64,000 nt of DNA from an uncultured bacterium (GCA_963732385.1 CAVSZB010000007.1:672001-736000); one strand, 5' to 3'. Numbered from the stretch's first letter, positions 31,490-41,791 are shown. Numbers and translations: made by a program. Notes: generated from the letters alone by a model not told the origin.

Positions 31490-32659
31490 CTAGAACCGGT
31501 AGGCCAGCGAGACGCTCGAGAAGGTGGAAGCCTCCCCCGCGCCGGCGTTCGTCACCAGCGACCCCAGATTGAACGGTGCGTCGTCGTTGAACAGGAAGTC
31601 GGCGTCCAGATCGCCCAGGTGCAGGGCGCAGCCCAGCGTGAGGTCGAAGTCGTCGGTCAGCCCGAAGTTCGTGGCCGGTTGCCCGCGGCGGAGCTCGGGG
31701 GTCGAGAAAGCTCCGGCGCGCAGCGAAAACCACGGCCGCAGCCTGGCTTCGAGGCCGAGTCGCAGTACGATCATGTCGAAGGTGGCGCGGTCGATCAGCA
31801 TATCCCCGTCGTCATTGAGCACATAGTGGCTCTCCTCGCCCAGCCGCCGTTCACACGACACCAGCCCCATGACCTCCCCGGTCGGGAAGAGGTTGACGCC
31901 GATGCCGTAGCGGGAGTCCCAGGAATCCCGGCGGACCGGGCGCCCCGGCGGTTCCCCCAGCAGCCAGCGGTCATCCCGACGGTAGGCGCAGACCGGCACC
32001 AGGGCCCACCCCTCCCGCGGACCGTGAAACGCACGCGCGCGCAGGCTGAAGCTGTCCCAGGAGCGACTGTTGAGAACAGGAAAATCGCCCGGTTCCTGAT
32101 AGTCGGTTGACGTTCCGCGCCAATCCCCCGCCAGATCCAGGTAGGTCGTCTCGCCGAGGTCCAGTCGCGCACCCAGACCGACGAGGGTTTCCCGCAGGTC
32201 TTCGTCGATTTCGCCATGATAGAACGCTCGGCGGTAGCCCACGACCATGCCCGCCTGGGCATGGGTCCAGGCCTTCCCATACATCAGGACCCGCGCGCCG
32301 ACCCCGTCGACCGACTCCTCGTCGCGGAAGAGATACAGCCCAAGCGTGCCATACCGTCGAACGGAATCCAGATCGAACAGCGCGCCGGCCCCCTGTCGCA
32401 CCGCCTGCCGGTCCAGGGCGGAATTGCCGGCGCTCGCGTCATACTGCCCCAGTTCCAGCACCGCAGTGTTGGCATACGAGGAGAGACTTCCGTACCAGCG
32501 CGGGACGTTCGCAACGTCCTCGAAATAGTCCCCGTCGCCGCCGAGACTGCCAACGCGCGTCTCGGTTGCGGATGCCACGGAGGCCATAACAGCGATCAGG
32601 CCGAGGAGCGGCGCGAAGCGCAGAGAACGCAGGGCTACGGAGCAAAGCAGCAGCCGCAT
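31490..32659 (-). CDS. Outer-membrane beta-barrel protein, possibly PopA-like porin
   Basis: Signal peptide, amphipathic strands, C-terminal SLAYRF beta-signal. Confidence 0.7.
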   Translation of the reverse strand: MRLLLCSVALRSLRFAPLLGLIAVMASVASATETRVGSLGGDGDYFEDVANVPRWYGSLSSYANTAVLELGQYDASAGNSALDRQAVRQGAGALFDLDSVRRYGTLGLYLFRDEESVDGVGARVLMYGKAWTHAQAGMVVGYRRAFYHGEIDEDLRETLVGLGARLDLGETTYLDLAGDWRGTSTDYQEPGDFPVLNSRSWDSFSLRARAFHGPREGWALVPVCAYRRDDRWLLGEPPGRPVRRDSWDSRYGIGVNLFPTGEVMGLVSCERRLGEESHYVLNDDGDMLIDRATFDMIVLRLGLEARLRPWFSLRAGAFSTPELRRGQPATNFGLTDDFDLTLGCALHLGDLDADFLFNDDAPFNLGSLVTNAGAGEASTFSSVSLAYRF

Positions 32660-32686
32660 CGGGACATCAACCTCCTGGCGCCGGCG

Positions 32687-33967
32687 CTACAGCGTGCCGC
32701 TGGCGACGAGGCGGAAATCGCCCAGGCCGTGGGCATCGTAGAAGGTGAAGACGAGACGCCGGGCGTGATAGTACCAGATCTCCCAGCGCCCCTCGTACCC
32801 CAGATCGGCTCCCCGCTCCTCGATCGAGTCCGGCTCGCCGCAGCGGACCCAGATCCGACCGCGATCGGTGAGGGCGCCGCGTCCCAGCCCGCCGAACCGC
32901 GCGTCGGCGGCCACGATCCGCAGCAGGTGCTCGCGCTCCAGCTCGGCGGCAGGGACACCGGCGGCGGTGGCCAGCGGCGGCCAGAGCGCCCGCCACGCTT
33001 CTCGCCGCTGTCCGGGCGGCAGCCGCAGCAGTTCGGCGCGTATCCCGGATGGCACGAGCCCCTCCAGCCAGGCCACATGCTGCCGCCACTGCCCGTCCTC
33101 GCGCCAACGCATCGCCAGATTCACAAACGGACGGGGAGGATCAAGGTCGAGTCGCTCCGGCGCGGTCGCATCGCCACTCTCTACCCTGAGCGACAGAACC
33201 AGCCGCCCCAGCGGCAGATCGTCCGCGGCCCAGGCAATCCGGATGACCGCGGGCGCATCCCCCACCGCTGAGGGCGAGATCATCAGCAGCCGCGGAGCCG
33301 GCTTGTCCCCCCGCCCCGGCGGCGCCACGAGCGCGGCAAGGGTGACCCCGTCCGGCGGCCAGTCCGGTACGTTGGGACGCCGGGCCAGGGTCACGCTGAC
33401 CCGCAGTGAATCCTCCTGGGGACCGAGCGCAGCGCCGGTGTTCGGCCCCACCGCCGCGTTCCAGGTGAAATCGGAAAAATAGAGCGGAACCCGCAGACCC
33501 CGTCCGGCGACGTACTCCAGGCGCTCCCGCCACCGGCGGGAGGTGCCTGTCACCAGGATCTCGACTTCCAGCGTGGTGCGGCCGCCGGCGCGCAGTTGCA
33601 GAGGCACGGCGCAGGAAAGTTGCTGATCGCCGCGCGTGGCGGCATAGTCGGCGACCGTGACCGCCGCCTCCCCCACCCCGCCCCCCGCGCGCCGGCCGTC
33701 GTGTTTCGCAATCACGGTCAACCGGATCGACGCACAAAAGGCCGCGCCCTCCCGGGTGAAGACGAGCGCGCCATACGGGACCGACGCCCGCACGAGCGGC
33801 GCTTCAGCACCGGTGGAATCGATGTGGGTAGCGACCGAGATCTGGATGCCGGCCCGGGCGGCCGGCTCCCAGGCCGGCGCCGCGCCCGTCGTCGCGGCGC
33901 CCAACAGCGCCGCGACGACGAGCAGGAGAAAAACGGCGGCAGCCTCGAGAAGCGATCGGGGGCTCAC
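32687..33967 (-). CDS. GWxTD domain-containing exported protein
   Basis: Signal peptide; EHLLRIVAADARF, GALTDRGRIWVRCGEPD, EIWYY, FTFYDAHGLGDFRL. Confidence 0.8.
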   Translation of the reverse strand: MSPRSLLEAAAVFLLLVVAALLGAATTGAAPAWEPAARAGIQISVATHIDSTGAEAPLVRASVPYGALVFTREGAAFCASIRLTVIAKHDGRRAGGGVGEAAVTVADYAATRGDQQLSCAVPLQLRAGGRTTLEVEILVTGTSRRWRERLEYVAGRGLRVPLYFSDFTWNAAVGPNTGAALGPQEDSLRVSVTLARRPNVPDWPPDGVTLAALVAPPGRGDKPAPRLLMISPSAVGDAPAVIRIAWAADDLPLGRLVLSLRVESGDATAPERLDLDPPRPFVNLAMRWREDGQWRQHVAWLEGLVPSGIRAELLRLPPGQRREAWRALWPPLATAAGVPAAELEREHLLRIVAADARFGGLGRGALTDRGRIWVRCGEPDSIEERGADLGYEGRWEIWYYHARRLVFTFYDAHGLGDFRLVASGTL

Positions 33968-33981
33968 GCGCAGCCTTCCGC

Positions 33982-34710
33982 TCAGGCCGGCGACGCGTTA
34001 GCGGCCGCCGGAACGTTCGGCAGGTCGCTGGCCACACGGCCGTCGTGCAGCCGGATGATACGGTGCGTGTGCGCCGCGATATCCGGCTCGTGGGTCACGA
34101 TGATGATCGTGTTGCCATGGCGGTACAGGTCATCCATCAGCCCCATGATTTCAAGGCTGGTGACCGAATCAAGGTTGCCGGTCGGTTCGTCGGCCAAAAT
34201 CAGCGCCGGATTGTTCACCAGCGCCCGCGCAATCGCCACCCGCTGCCTCTGCCCGCCGCTAAGTTCGTTCGGTCGGTGCTCGGCGCGATCGCTCAGACCG
34301 ACCGCCGCCAGCGCCTCGGCCGCCCGCCGCCGTCGCTCGGCCAGCGGCCGGCCCGCGTAGACCAACGGCAACTCGACGTTCTGGAACGCCGTCGCGCGCG
34401 GGAGCAGGTTGAAGGTCTGGAAGACGAAACCGATCTCCCGGTTGCGGATGTGCGCGAGCTGATCGTCGGTGAGCGTGCTCACTTCGGTGCCGTTGAGCAC
34501 GTAGGTTCCGGCGGTCGGCGTGTCGAGGCAGCCGACCAGATTCATGAGGGTCGACTTGCCCGAACCGCTCGGCCCCATGATGGCCACGTACTCGCCGCGT
34601 CTGATCTCGAGATCCACGCCCCGCACGGCCGGCACCTCCACCGTGCCGACCTGGTAGGTCTTGCGCAGATCGCGCATGGCGATCAGGACCTCGTCGTCGC
34701 GGGGGCTCAC
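33982..34710 (-). CDS. ABC transporter ATP-binding protein (MacB/LolD-like)
   Basis: [46 protein letters not shown]. Confidence 0.95.
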   Translation of the reverse strand: MSPRDDEVLIAMRDLRKTYQVGTVEVPAVRGVDLEIRRGEYVAIMGPSGSGKSTLMNLVGCLDTPTAGTYVLNGTEVSTLTDDQLAHIRNREIGFVFQTFNLLPRATAFQNVELPLVYAGRPLAERRRRAAEALAAVGLSDRAEHRPNELSGGQRQRVAIARALVNNPALILADEPTGNLDSVTSLEIMGLMDDLYRHGNTIIIVTHEPDIAAHTHRIIRLHDGRVASDLPNVPAAANASPA

Positions 34711-36167
34711 GACCCGCTCCCCACGTAGCGCACCGCCCGCCCGACGGCACGGTCGAGCTTGGCCGCGTTGATGAGATAGTCGCAGATGGCCTGCACCTCA
34801 TCGGCTCGCGCCTTCGCCAGGTTCACCTGCGCCGTAATCGCATCGAGAGTCGTGCCGGCGCCGACGCGGAAGCGCTCCTGCGCGAGGCGCAACGCCTCCT
34901 CCGCCTGGATGATGGTCTCCCGGCTCAGACTCGACCGCTCCCGCGCCTCGACGAGATTATTGTAGATCTGCCGCACCTCGAGTTGCGCGTCCAGACGGGC
35001 CTGCTCCAGGCCGTACTCGGCCACCCGCTCGCGCGCCTTGGCCTGCCCGCGGCCCGACAGGGTCTGCAGGCGGTCGAAAATGTTCCAGTTCACCCGGTAC
35101 CCGTAGCCGAGGTTGTCCGACTCCTGGGCGCCAAACCGGTAGGGCGACTCGTTCTTCGAGCGTGTGTAACTCAGGAACAGGTCCAGGCTGGGCCAGAACC
35201 CGGCGTTGGCCGACGTCACTTCGCCCCGGCGCGCCTCGAGATCCTGCGCCCGGCCCTGCAGATCCAAGCGGCGCGACAGCGCCTCCGCATAGAGGACATC
35301 GAGGCTTTCCAGGGTGAAGTCGGAGGACATGACCGAACGCTCGATCTCGAACCGCTCGGCGAGCGGGCGGTTCATGGCGTAGGCCAGATTGGCAAACGCC
35401 TGCTCCACGGCGTTTCCGGCCCGCACTACCTCGAGACGAGTCTGTTCGTGCAGGACCTTGGCCTGCAGGACGTCGCTGCGCGCCGCGCTGCCGAGCTTGA
35501 AGTAGACCTCCATCCGCTCCAGCTCGCGTCCCGCGAGGTCCTGGCTCTCCCCGGCGACCTCCAGCAGGCGTTCGTAGCGCAGGAGATTGAAATAGGCCGC
35601 GGCCACGTTCTCGACGACCTGCTGCCGCGCGTAGCCGGCCGACGACTCGACCGCGCGGAGCGAGCTGCGCGCCGATTTCAGCGCCCCATACTTGCGCATC
35701 CCGTCGAAAACATTCAGCGACGCGTCCGCGCCCCAGTCCGAGTAGGTCGTCTTCAGGCTCTGGTCGTAGAGCTCCCCGGTCGGGCGGGAGATCCCGTAGG
35801 GGATGATGTTGCCACCGAGGGTCGCGATCGAATCCGGGATCACGCTGGTGCGCGACACGTCGAAGTCAGTCCGCTCGTTCTTGCTGTACTGCCGGCCCAG
35901 GCTGACGTTCGGCAGGAACGCCCCCCAGGCGCCCTGCACGCCGGCGGCGGCCGCATCGCGCTCCGCGTCCGCGGTGGCGAGGCCGAGACTGCTGCGCAGC
36001 GCGATCTCCACGCACTGCGCCAGATCGAGCGCAGGCCGCGCCGCGGCCGCGCTGTCGCCCGGGGCCGCAGCCGCCAGGGAAGTTTCCGACCGCGCCACCG
36101 CGGCCTCCATGCTCACCAGCACCGACAGCGTCACCATGGCGCCCCGGCAAATGGACCGCACGTTCAT
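34707..36167 (-). CDS. TolC family outer membrane protein
   Basis: Two OEP repeats (FLPNVSL, FWPSLDL), [18 protein letters not shown]. Confidence 0.92.
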   Translation of the reverse strand: MNVRSICRGAMVTLSVLVSMEAAVARSETSLAAAAPGDSAAAARPALDLAQCVEIALRSSLGLATADAERDAAAAGVQGAWGAFLPNVSLGRQYSKNERTDFDVSRTSVIPDSIATLGGNIIPYGISRPTGELYDQSLKTTYSDWGADASLNVFDGMRKYGALKSARSSLRAVESSAGYARQQVVENVAAAYFNLLRYERLLEVAGESQDLAGRELERMEVYFKLGSAARSDVLQAKVLHEQTRLEVVRAGNAVEQAFANLAYAMNRPLAERFEIERSVMSSDFTLESLDVLYAEALSRRLDLQGRAQDLEARRGEVTSANAGFWPSLDLFLSYTRSKNESPYRFGAQESDNLGYGYRVNWNIFDRLQTLSGRGQAKARERVAEYGLEQARLDAQLEVRQIYNNLVEARERSSLSRETIIQAEEALRLAQERFRVGAGTTLDAITAQVNLAKARADEVQAICDYLINAAKLDRAVGRAVRYVGSGS

Positions 36168-36246
36168 GAACCTGTCTCCTCCGGGAGGTGGCCGCGAGTC
36201 GCACGAACCGCCCCGCCGCCGAGCCGCGACGGGCGCCCGCGCGCCG

Positions 36247-36275
36247 ATGATAGACAGCACCGGCCAGGAATCCAA
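36247..36275 (-). promoter_or_regulatory. Putative sigma70 promoter for the tolC operon
   Basis: TTGGAT-N17-TATCAT. Confidence 0.55.
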
Positions 36276-36383
36276 CGCCTTTCCGCGCTACCCCCGCCAC
36301 CGGCACCAGACAATAGAATACGCATGGGAACGGGCGGGGGTTGCGCCCCGCCCGCCCGAATCGCACCGCGCCCTGTCCGTCGG

Positions 36384-37028
36384 CTAGTGAAGTTTGAACC
36401 GGAAGGGGATGGCCATCCACGCCTTGACCGGGATGTTCCGCTGCTTGCCCGGCTCGAACTTGCACTTCAGCGCCGCCTCGCGCGCCGCCGAATCGAGCAT
36501 CGGGTGCACCGACTGCAGCACCTCCGCCCGCAGGACGCTGCCATCCGGGCCGACCAGCACCTTCACCAGCACCGTCCCCTCCAACCCAGAGGCCCGCGCC
36601 ATCTCCGGGTAGTCCGGCTGCACGAACCGGATCAGCTTCGGCTTCTCCTGCGAGGCGATGAACACATCGCCCCCGCCGTCGCCCATATCGCCGCTGGGCA
36701 CCGGGATGTTCTCGAAATCCTCGAACAGGCTCTCTGCGATATCGATGTCCTCAGTCACCTCGTCGTCCGCCGCGGCCTCGACCGCCGCCTGCGGGCGCGG
36801 CACATCCTCGGGCGGCGGCGGAATATCCACCGCGTCGGGCATGTCGACCACTTCGAGCGTGCTCGAACGGAGCCGGTACGGCTGCGGGATGTAGCGCGGC
36901 GAGAACATGAAGGCCAGCAGGATCATGAGCAGCCCGATGTACGTGGCATTGCGCAGGTACTTCGGGTACTTCGCCTTGAACTGCTCGTTGGCTGACAGGG
37001 CCGCCTGCGCGAAATCTTGCGCGGTCAT
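36384..37028 (-). CDS. tonB: Energy transducer TonB
   Basis: TM helix, Pro/acidic linker, PDYPEMAR...GTVLV...KFEPGKQ C-terminal domain. Confidence 0.93.
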   Translation of the reverse strand: MTAQDFAQAALSANEQFKAKYPKYLRNATYIGLLMILLAFMFSPRYIPQPYRLRSSTLEVVDMPDAVDIPPPPEDVPRPQAAVEAAADDEVTEDIDIAESLFEDFENIPVPSGDMGDGGGDVFIASQEKPKLIRFVQPDYPEMARASGLEGTVLVKVLVGPDGSVLRAEVLQSVHPMLDSAAREAALKCKFEPGKQRNIPVKAWMAIPFRFKLH

Positions 37029-37041
37029 GCTGCCCCCACTC

Positions 37042-37470
37042 CTAGTACTTGCGGCCGGGGTTGGCGTCGGGCTTGCTGTTGAAGGACACGCGCAAGGCGT
37101 TGACCTCCTTCAACTCCTCCATCACATCGCTGACGACCTTGTACGGGGTCTCCTTGTCGGCCTTGAAGGCGACGATCAGGGCCGGGTTGGCCGCGATCTT
37201 CTGCCCCATCAGCGCCGAAACATCCTGCGGGCGCACGAGCATGTCGTCGACGGAAATCTGCCCCCGCCTGCTGATAAAAATGTTGGCCACCAGGTCCTGC
37301 TTGACCTTCTCGCCCGCCTCCGCGCGCGGCAGATCAACGACCAGACCGGTCTCCTTGATGAAGATCGTGGTCACCATGAAAAAGATCAGGAGCAGGAACG
37401 CGATATCCCCCGTGGAGGCGGTGGGAATCGAACTCCCTCGCGCATTCTTGCGATTGAAATCGAGGGCCAC
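37042..37470 (-). CDS. exbD: Biopolymer transport protein ExbD/TolR
   Basis: DIAFLLLIFFMVTT, VDLP, KADKETPY. Confidence 0.92.
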   Translation of the reverse strand: MALDFNRKNARGSSIPTASTGDIAFLLLIFFMVTTIFIKETGLVVDLPRAEAGEKVKQDLVANIFISRRGQISVDDMLVRPQDVSALMGQKIAANPALIVAFKADKETPYKVVSDVMEELKEVNALRVSFNSKPDANPGRKY

Positions 37471-37487
37471 GGCTTAAGCTCCCATCC

Positions 37488-37898
37488 CTACTTGGACGTC
37501 TTCAGCGACACCCGACGGGCCTCGGACAGCTTGAGCTCGTCCAGACACGCCACCATCATGCCGTAGTTCGCGTCGGGGTGCGTCTCGAGCACGACGACCA
37601 GTTTCGGCTGCGCCTGGAGGCGCAGTTCCAACGCCGCCTTGATGTGATTGATCTCGATCGAATTCCCGTCTAGCGTGACGCTGTTGTCAGCGTGAACCTT
37701 CAGGGTCGCGATGTTGCTCTGCTTGATCCGGATCGCCTGCTGCACGGTTTCCTTCGCGGGCAGCAGCAGCGGCAGGCCCAGGTCGAGCGCGAACGCCGTC
37801 GACACGATGAAGAAGATCAGCAACAGGAAGGCGACGTCACTGGTCGAAACCAGCTCGATCCCCGCGATCGCCTTCTTCCGCCGCGACTTCATGACCAT
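37488..37898 (-). CDS. exbD: Biopolymer transport protein ExbD/TolR (second copy)
   Basis: SDVAFLLLIFFIVST, HPDANYG. Confidence 0.9.
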   Translation of the reverse strand: MVMKSRRKKAIAGIELVSTSDVAFLLLIFFIVSTAFALDLGLPLLLPAKETVQQAIRIKQSNIATLKVHADNSVTLDGNSIEINHIKAALELRLQAQPKLVVVLETHPDANYGMMVACLDELKLSEARRVSLKTSK

Positions 37899-37948
37899 GA
37901 CCGCTCACCTTCCCGCTCGCGGACGGGCCGCGCCCGCCCCGCTTTCGG

Positions 37949-38827
37949 CTACTTCCGCGCCTGGATCCGGACGACCTCGTCGATCAGCTCGCCGGCGCTC
38001 TCCTCCATCTCGTTCACGAAGCGGTCGTTCACGGCGACGAAGTAGTTGTAACCGGCGGCGCACGGGATGGCGATGATCAGACCGGCGGCGGTGGTGATCA
38101 GAGCCTCGGAAATACCGCTGGCGACCAGCTTCGCGTTGACCTGCTCGGCCGCGGCGATCGCCTCGAAGGCGTGGATCATGCCCGAAACGGTGCCGAGGAA
38201 GCCGATCAGCGGAGCGATGTTGATAACGGTCGTGATCCAGTTGAGGCCGCGCTCGAGGAACGCGAGTTCCAGCGCGCCGGCCGAGCCGCACGCCTTCTCC
38301 ACCGCCGCCGGCCCCTGGTCGATTTTCTGCAGCCCGGCGTTCATGATCGCCGCGATCGGGCCGCGGGTGCGCTGGCAAAGCTGCGAAGCGGCGTCGGCCC
38401 CCTCGGTGCGCAGCGTGGTGATGACGCTGCCGATCAGCTTCCGGGTGTCGGTCCTGGCGCGGTTGAGCGTCCAGAAGCGCTCGATCACATAGGCCGCGCC
38501 AATGATGGCCGACAGCAGCAGCCAGTGCATGAAGTTGCCGCCGCGGACATACAGGTCGCCCACGCCGGTCCGGCCGAGCCGGCTGTTGGCGATCAGGCCC
38601 ATGAACCCGCCCATCTTCTGCTTCACGACCAGGATCTCATCCGTGGAGTCCTGGGCGGTGGAGCCGAAGGCGAGCGAATCGTTCGTCGCCATGATTCCTT
38701 CGATGTTCGGACCGCCGGCGTTGTCCGGCTGCTGGGCGAGGGCGGCATAGGCCATCAGCAGGAGGGCCACCAGACCCACGCCAGCCAGCGCGACCGCAGC
38801 GCGTTTGATCATACCCTGACGAGCCAT
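37949..38827 (-). CDS. exbB: MotA/TolQ/ExbB proton channel protein
   Basis: APLIGFLGTVSGMI, GISEALITTAAGL. Confidence 0.93.
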   Translation of the reverse strand: MARQGMIKRAAVALAGVGLVALLLMAYAALAQQPDNAGGPNIEGIMATNDSLAFGSTAQDSTDEILVVKQKMGGFMGLIANSRLGRTGVGDLYVRGGNFMHWLLLSAIIGAAYVIERFWTLNRARTDTRKLIGSVITTLRTEGADAASQLCQRTRGPIAAIMNAGLQKIDQGPAAVEKACGSAGALELAFLERGLNWITTVINIAPLIGFLGTVSGMIHAFEAIAAAEQVNAKLVASGISEALITTAAGLIIAIPCAAGYNYFVAVNDRFVNEMEESAGELIDEVVRIQARK

Positions 38828-39053
38828 TGTGCCTGATCTCCCTTTCCAGTATTGAAACCCGCGAGTTGAGAGCACCCGGAGGTCGTAATGGTAGCAGGTG
38901 GGAGCTACCTCGTTGTAGGCGGCCGGCCTCCGGTGGCCTCGCGGCAACCGACGAACCGCCCTGCCGACGCCCAGTTAATTTGTGGCAATCGCGCGCCCAA
39001 GTCAAACGAAATTCGACCGCCACGGCGGCCTGAGCGCGCGCTCAGATGCCCAC

Positions 39054-40655
39054 TCAACCACCTTGATTCAAGGCGTTTGTCGACTCGAGCGACCACAGCC
39101 CGGTGCCGGTCCGATCGACGAACAGGAAGCGCAGGCCCAGATTCTGCCCGCTGTACCGATTGGGAAAGATCTGCGACCCGGCGTGGTTGTACTGCCACAG
39201 CTCGAAACCTCGCTCGAGCCTGATGCCCTGCTGCCGGGCCAGGATCTCCCGCCGCGACTGATGGTTGAGCAGGAGAGGAATGCCGGAGCCCCCTTTGACC
39301 TGCGTCCCCTCGCGCTGTGGAACGTACTGATCGAACACCCGGGCCAGCGCGTCCTCCTGCTCCGACTCGTTGAGGGGCAGCACCTCCTGGGAAATCTCGT
39401 CGGGCGGACCGAGCATCAGGAAGATCGCACCGCGTGGATCGACCGGCCCGGTCCGGGAGAGCCCGCCGAGATACTCCCGGACGTAGGAAACGCGCCGCCG
39501 GAACTCCAGGTACGCCTCGTTGACCGGCGTGGCCGGATCGGGATCGCGCTCCTGCCAGAAACGCTCCAGAATCGCCTCCTTTTCCGCCTGCCCCACGGCC
39601 TCGAATTCGTCCAGTCGGCTGCCGGTCAGGACCGTTCGCCCCTCGCCTTGCAGTTCTTCCGCGAAACGGTTGAGGGAATGGGCACTCCAGACCACATCGA
39701 ATTCGGCCACCCAGGGTCGGCCCCGCCCGCTCGCCGGCGCACATCCGAGTTGATAGGCGCCAGGCGGCAGATCCCTGAGGTTGAGATCGTAGAACACGCC
39801 GGTCGTGCCGCCGCGCGACAGACGAGCGATCTGCGCTTCGTCGAAGGTGATGGTGTCACGCAGGGCGAACGCGAGATCCTTGGCGAGCACCTGAATATGG
39901 ACGCCGTCGCGGGCCGCCGCCGCTCCCCCCTGCGCCGGCGCCTCCACTTCGAAGTACAGTTGCAGATTTTTCTGTTCCAGGCCGTAGCGACGGTTGGGGT
40001 GCAGATAGTCGGTCAGGACGGAGTGTTCCGCCGCGGCGGCCGCCACCCCCTGATCACGCCAGAGTGCGATCGGCGCGCCGGCGAGAAATACCGGATCGCC
40101 GAGCGTGAGACCGTCCGGAGCCCGGAGCGATTCTGCCGCCACCCACTCCCCCACCGCCTCGCTCCGCGCCCAACGGTTGCGCTTGATGCGGCTGATCAGC
40201 CCCGGCCGCTCCCGGCCGCGGTCCGTGATCGTGACGGTCAGGCGCCCACTGCCTGCGCGCACCCCCGGCAATACGAGCGGCAGGATCTGATAGGAGATGG
40301 GTGATTCGGCCAATTCCGGATCATCGCAACGGAGGGCGACCCTCGTCTCCAGGGAGGCGCCATCGCCATCGTACCCTTCCAGTGCGACCGTCACCCCCAC
40401 CTCCCCTTCCAGCCGACCGGCAACGGGGCGGAAGGTCAGTTCGCGGTTCGCCACGCCGATGAGCAGGATGAGGCTGCAGCTCCCGTCCGGTTCGATGCGG
40501 TCGAGGACGTCGACGGTCGTCAGGAAATTACCGGATCCATCGAGCGGTCGCAGCAGCCCGGCGCCCGCCGGGTCTGCGACCAGCAGGGCGAAAAGAGAAC
40601 AGACCAGGCGGGCGGGAAGACAGCGCAGCAGCCAGGCGCGCGGTGAGTACTGCAC
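39054..40655 (-). CDS. GWxTD domain-containing exported protein
   Basis: ERFWQERDPDPATPVNEAYLEFRRRV, DPRGAIFLMLGPPDEI, ELWQY, FLFVDRTGTG. Confidence 0.82.
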   Translation of the reverse strand: MQYSPRAWLLRCLPARLVCSLFALLVADPAGAGLLRPLDGSGNFLTTVDVLDRIEPDGSCSLILLIGVANRELTFRPVAGRLEGEVGVTVALEGYDGDGASLETRVALRCDDPELAESPISYQILPLVLPGVRAGSGRLTVTITDRGRERPGLISRIKRNRWARSEAVGEWVAAESLRAPDGLTLGDPVFLAGAPIALWRDQGVAAAAAEHSVLTDYLHPNRRYGLEQKNLQLYFEVEAPAQGGAAAARDGVHIQVLAKDLAFALRDTITFDEAQIARLSRGGTTGVFYDLNLRDLPPGAYQLGCAPASGRGRPWVAEFDVVWSAHSLNRFAEELQGEGRTVLTGSRLDEFEAVGQAEKEAILERFWQERDPDPATPVNEAYLEFRRRVSYVREYLGGLSRTGPVDPRGAIFLMLGPPDEISQEVLPLNESEQEDALARVFDQYVPQREGTQVKGGSGIPLLLNHQSRREILARQQGIRLERGFELWQYNHAGSQIFPNRYSGQNLGLRFLFVDRTGTGLWSLESTNALNQGG

Positions 40656-40710
40656 GATGGTGACCTCCTCGAATCGCGGCAGAGACGGATGCCGGCGGTC
40701 GGCTTTGGTG

Positions 40711-40739
40711 AATCTACGGCGACGACGACAGCGCGGCAA
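40711..40739 (-). promoter_or_regulatory. Putative sigma70 promoter for the GWxTD gene
   Basis: TTGCCG-N17-TAGATT. Confidence 0.5.
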
Positions 40740-40763
40740 CGCCGCAGGCTCGGAACCTACGCA

Positions 40764-40798
40764 CGCGGGCCCGCCTCCCCAGGGGAGGCGGGCCCGCG
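40764..40798. repeat. Perfect 17-bp inverted repeat (hairpin) after the porV-like gene
   Basis: CGCGGGCCCGCCTCCCC-A-GGGGAGGCGGGCCCGCG. Confidence 0.85.
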
Positions 40799-40817
40799 AA
40801 GCCGGCGACCGCAGACG

Positions 40818-41750
40818 CTAGTAGACGAAAGAGAGCGTGAGGCGATTGACCCAGCCGAGCGCCTGCATGTCGGTGGCGCTGTAATCGAGGCGGGCCTGCG
40901 AGGTCTTGCCGGTATTGAAGGCCACGCCAAAGCCCATGGCCAGAGCGTCCGAATCGAAGTTCAGATTGTAGCCGGCCCGGCCATAGAACAAGTTGTTCAG
41001 ATTGTACTCGATCCCGAGGTTCGCCCGCTCGGCCGCGTCGGCCGGATGCTGAAACTCCGCCGAGGCCAGCAGTTGCTGGCTGCCACGGTTCAGGGCGTTG
41101 AAACTGGCCCCGACCTTGAACGTGGTCGGCAGTTTCGCCTCGCGATCATCGAAGTTCACTTTTCCGCCCAGGTTCTGAATCACCATGCCAAGTTTCAGCC
41201 CCCGCACGCCGATGCGATAGAGAATGCCAAAGTCAGCGCTGGCGGAGTTCACGGCCGCTTCGGCAAGACCCATGTGGAGATAGTTGAGGGTCAGCCCGGA
41301 ACTGAACTTGTCCGTGAAGAAACGGCTGTACGTGAACCCGAAGGCGGTCGAACCGGCATCGAAGGTCTGGCCGTTACCCTCCGGCTGGTAGGCGGTGCGG
41401 ACCAGCATGGGATCAAGCCACAACGACCGGACAGAGATGGCAAACGAGCCCGGGATCTGGCGCGGCTTGAACGCCAAAACGGCCGAGGTCAGCTTGATAT
41501 CCGCCGGCCAATCGACGTGGGAGAGCTGGAACTCGCTGCCACGTACATTCACCAGTCCGGCCGGATTCCAGAAGACCGAGGCTGCGTCGTCAGCCACCGC
41601 GGTATAGGCCGCCCCCATGCCGGCCGCCCGAGCGGTCGTTCCGATCTGCATGAACTGCCCGGCGAAGGTGCCCACCTTCTCGAAGAACGCGGCCGACGCC
41701 ACCGCGGGCAGGACCAGCACCAGCACCGTTAATAACACTAAGCGCTTCAT
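40818..41750 (-). CDS. PorV/PorQ family outer-membrane barrel
   Basis: QFMQIGTTARAAGMGAAYTAVADDAASVFWNPAGL, QNLG, LPTTFKVG, RAGY, RLDYS. Confidence 0.85.
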   Translation of the reverse strand: MKRLVLLTVLVLVLPAVASAAFFEKVGTFAGQFMQIGTTARAAGMGAAYTAVADDAASVFWNPAGLVNVRGSEFQLSHVDWPADIKLTSAVLAFKPRQIPGSFAISVRSLWLDPMLVRTAYQPEGNGQTFDAGSTAFGFTYSRFFTDKFSSGLTLNYLHMGLAEAAVNSASADFGILYRIGVRGLKLGMVIQNLGGKVNFDDREAKLPTTFKVGASFNALNRGSQQLLASAEFQHPADAAERANLGIEYNLNNLFYGRAGYNLNFDSDALAMGFGVAFNTGKTSQARLDYSATDMQALGWVNRLTLSFVY

Positions 41751-41791
41751 GGGAACCTCCAGGTCCGACCGCGGACCGGTCACCACACTTC

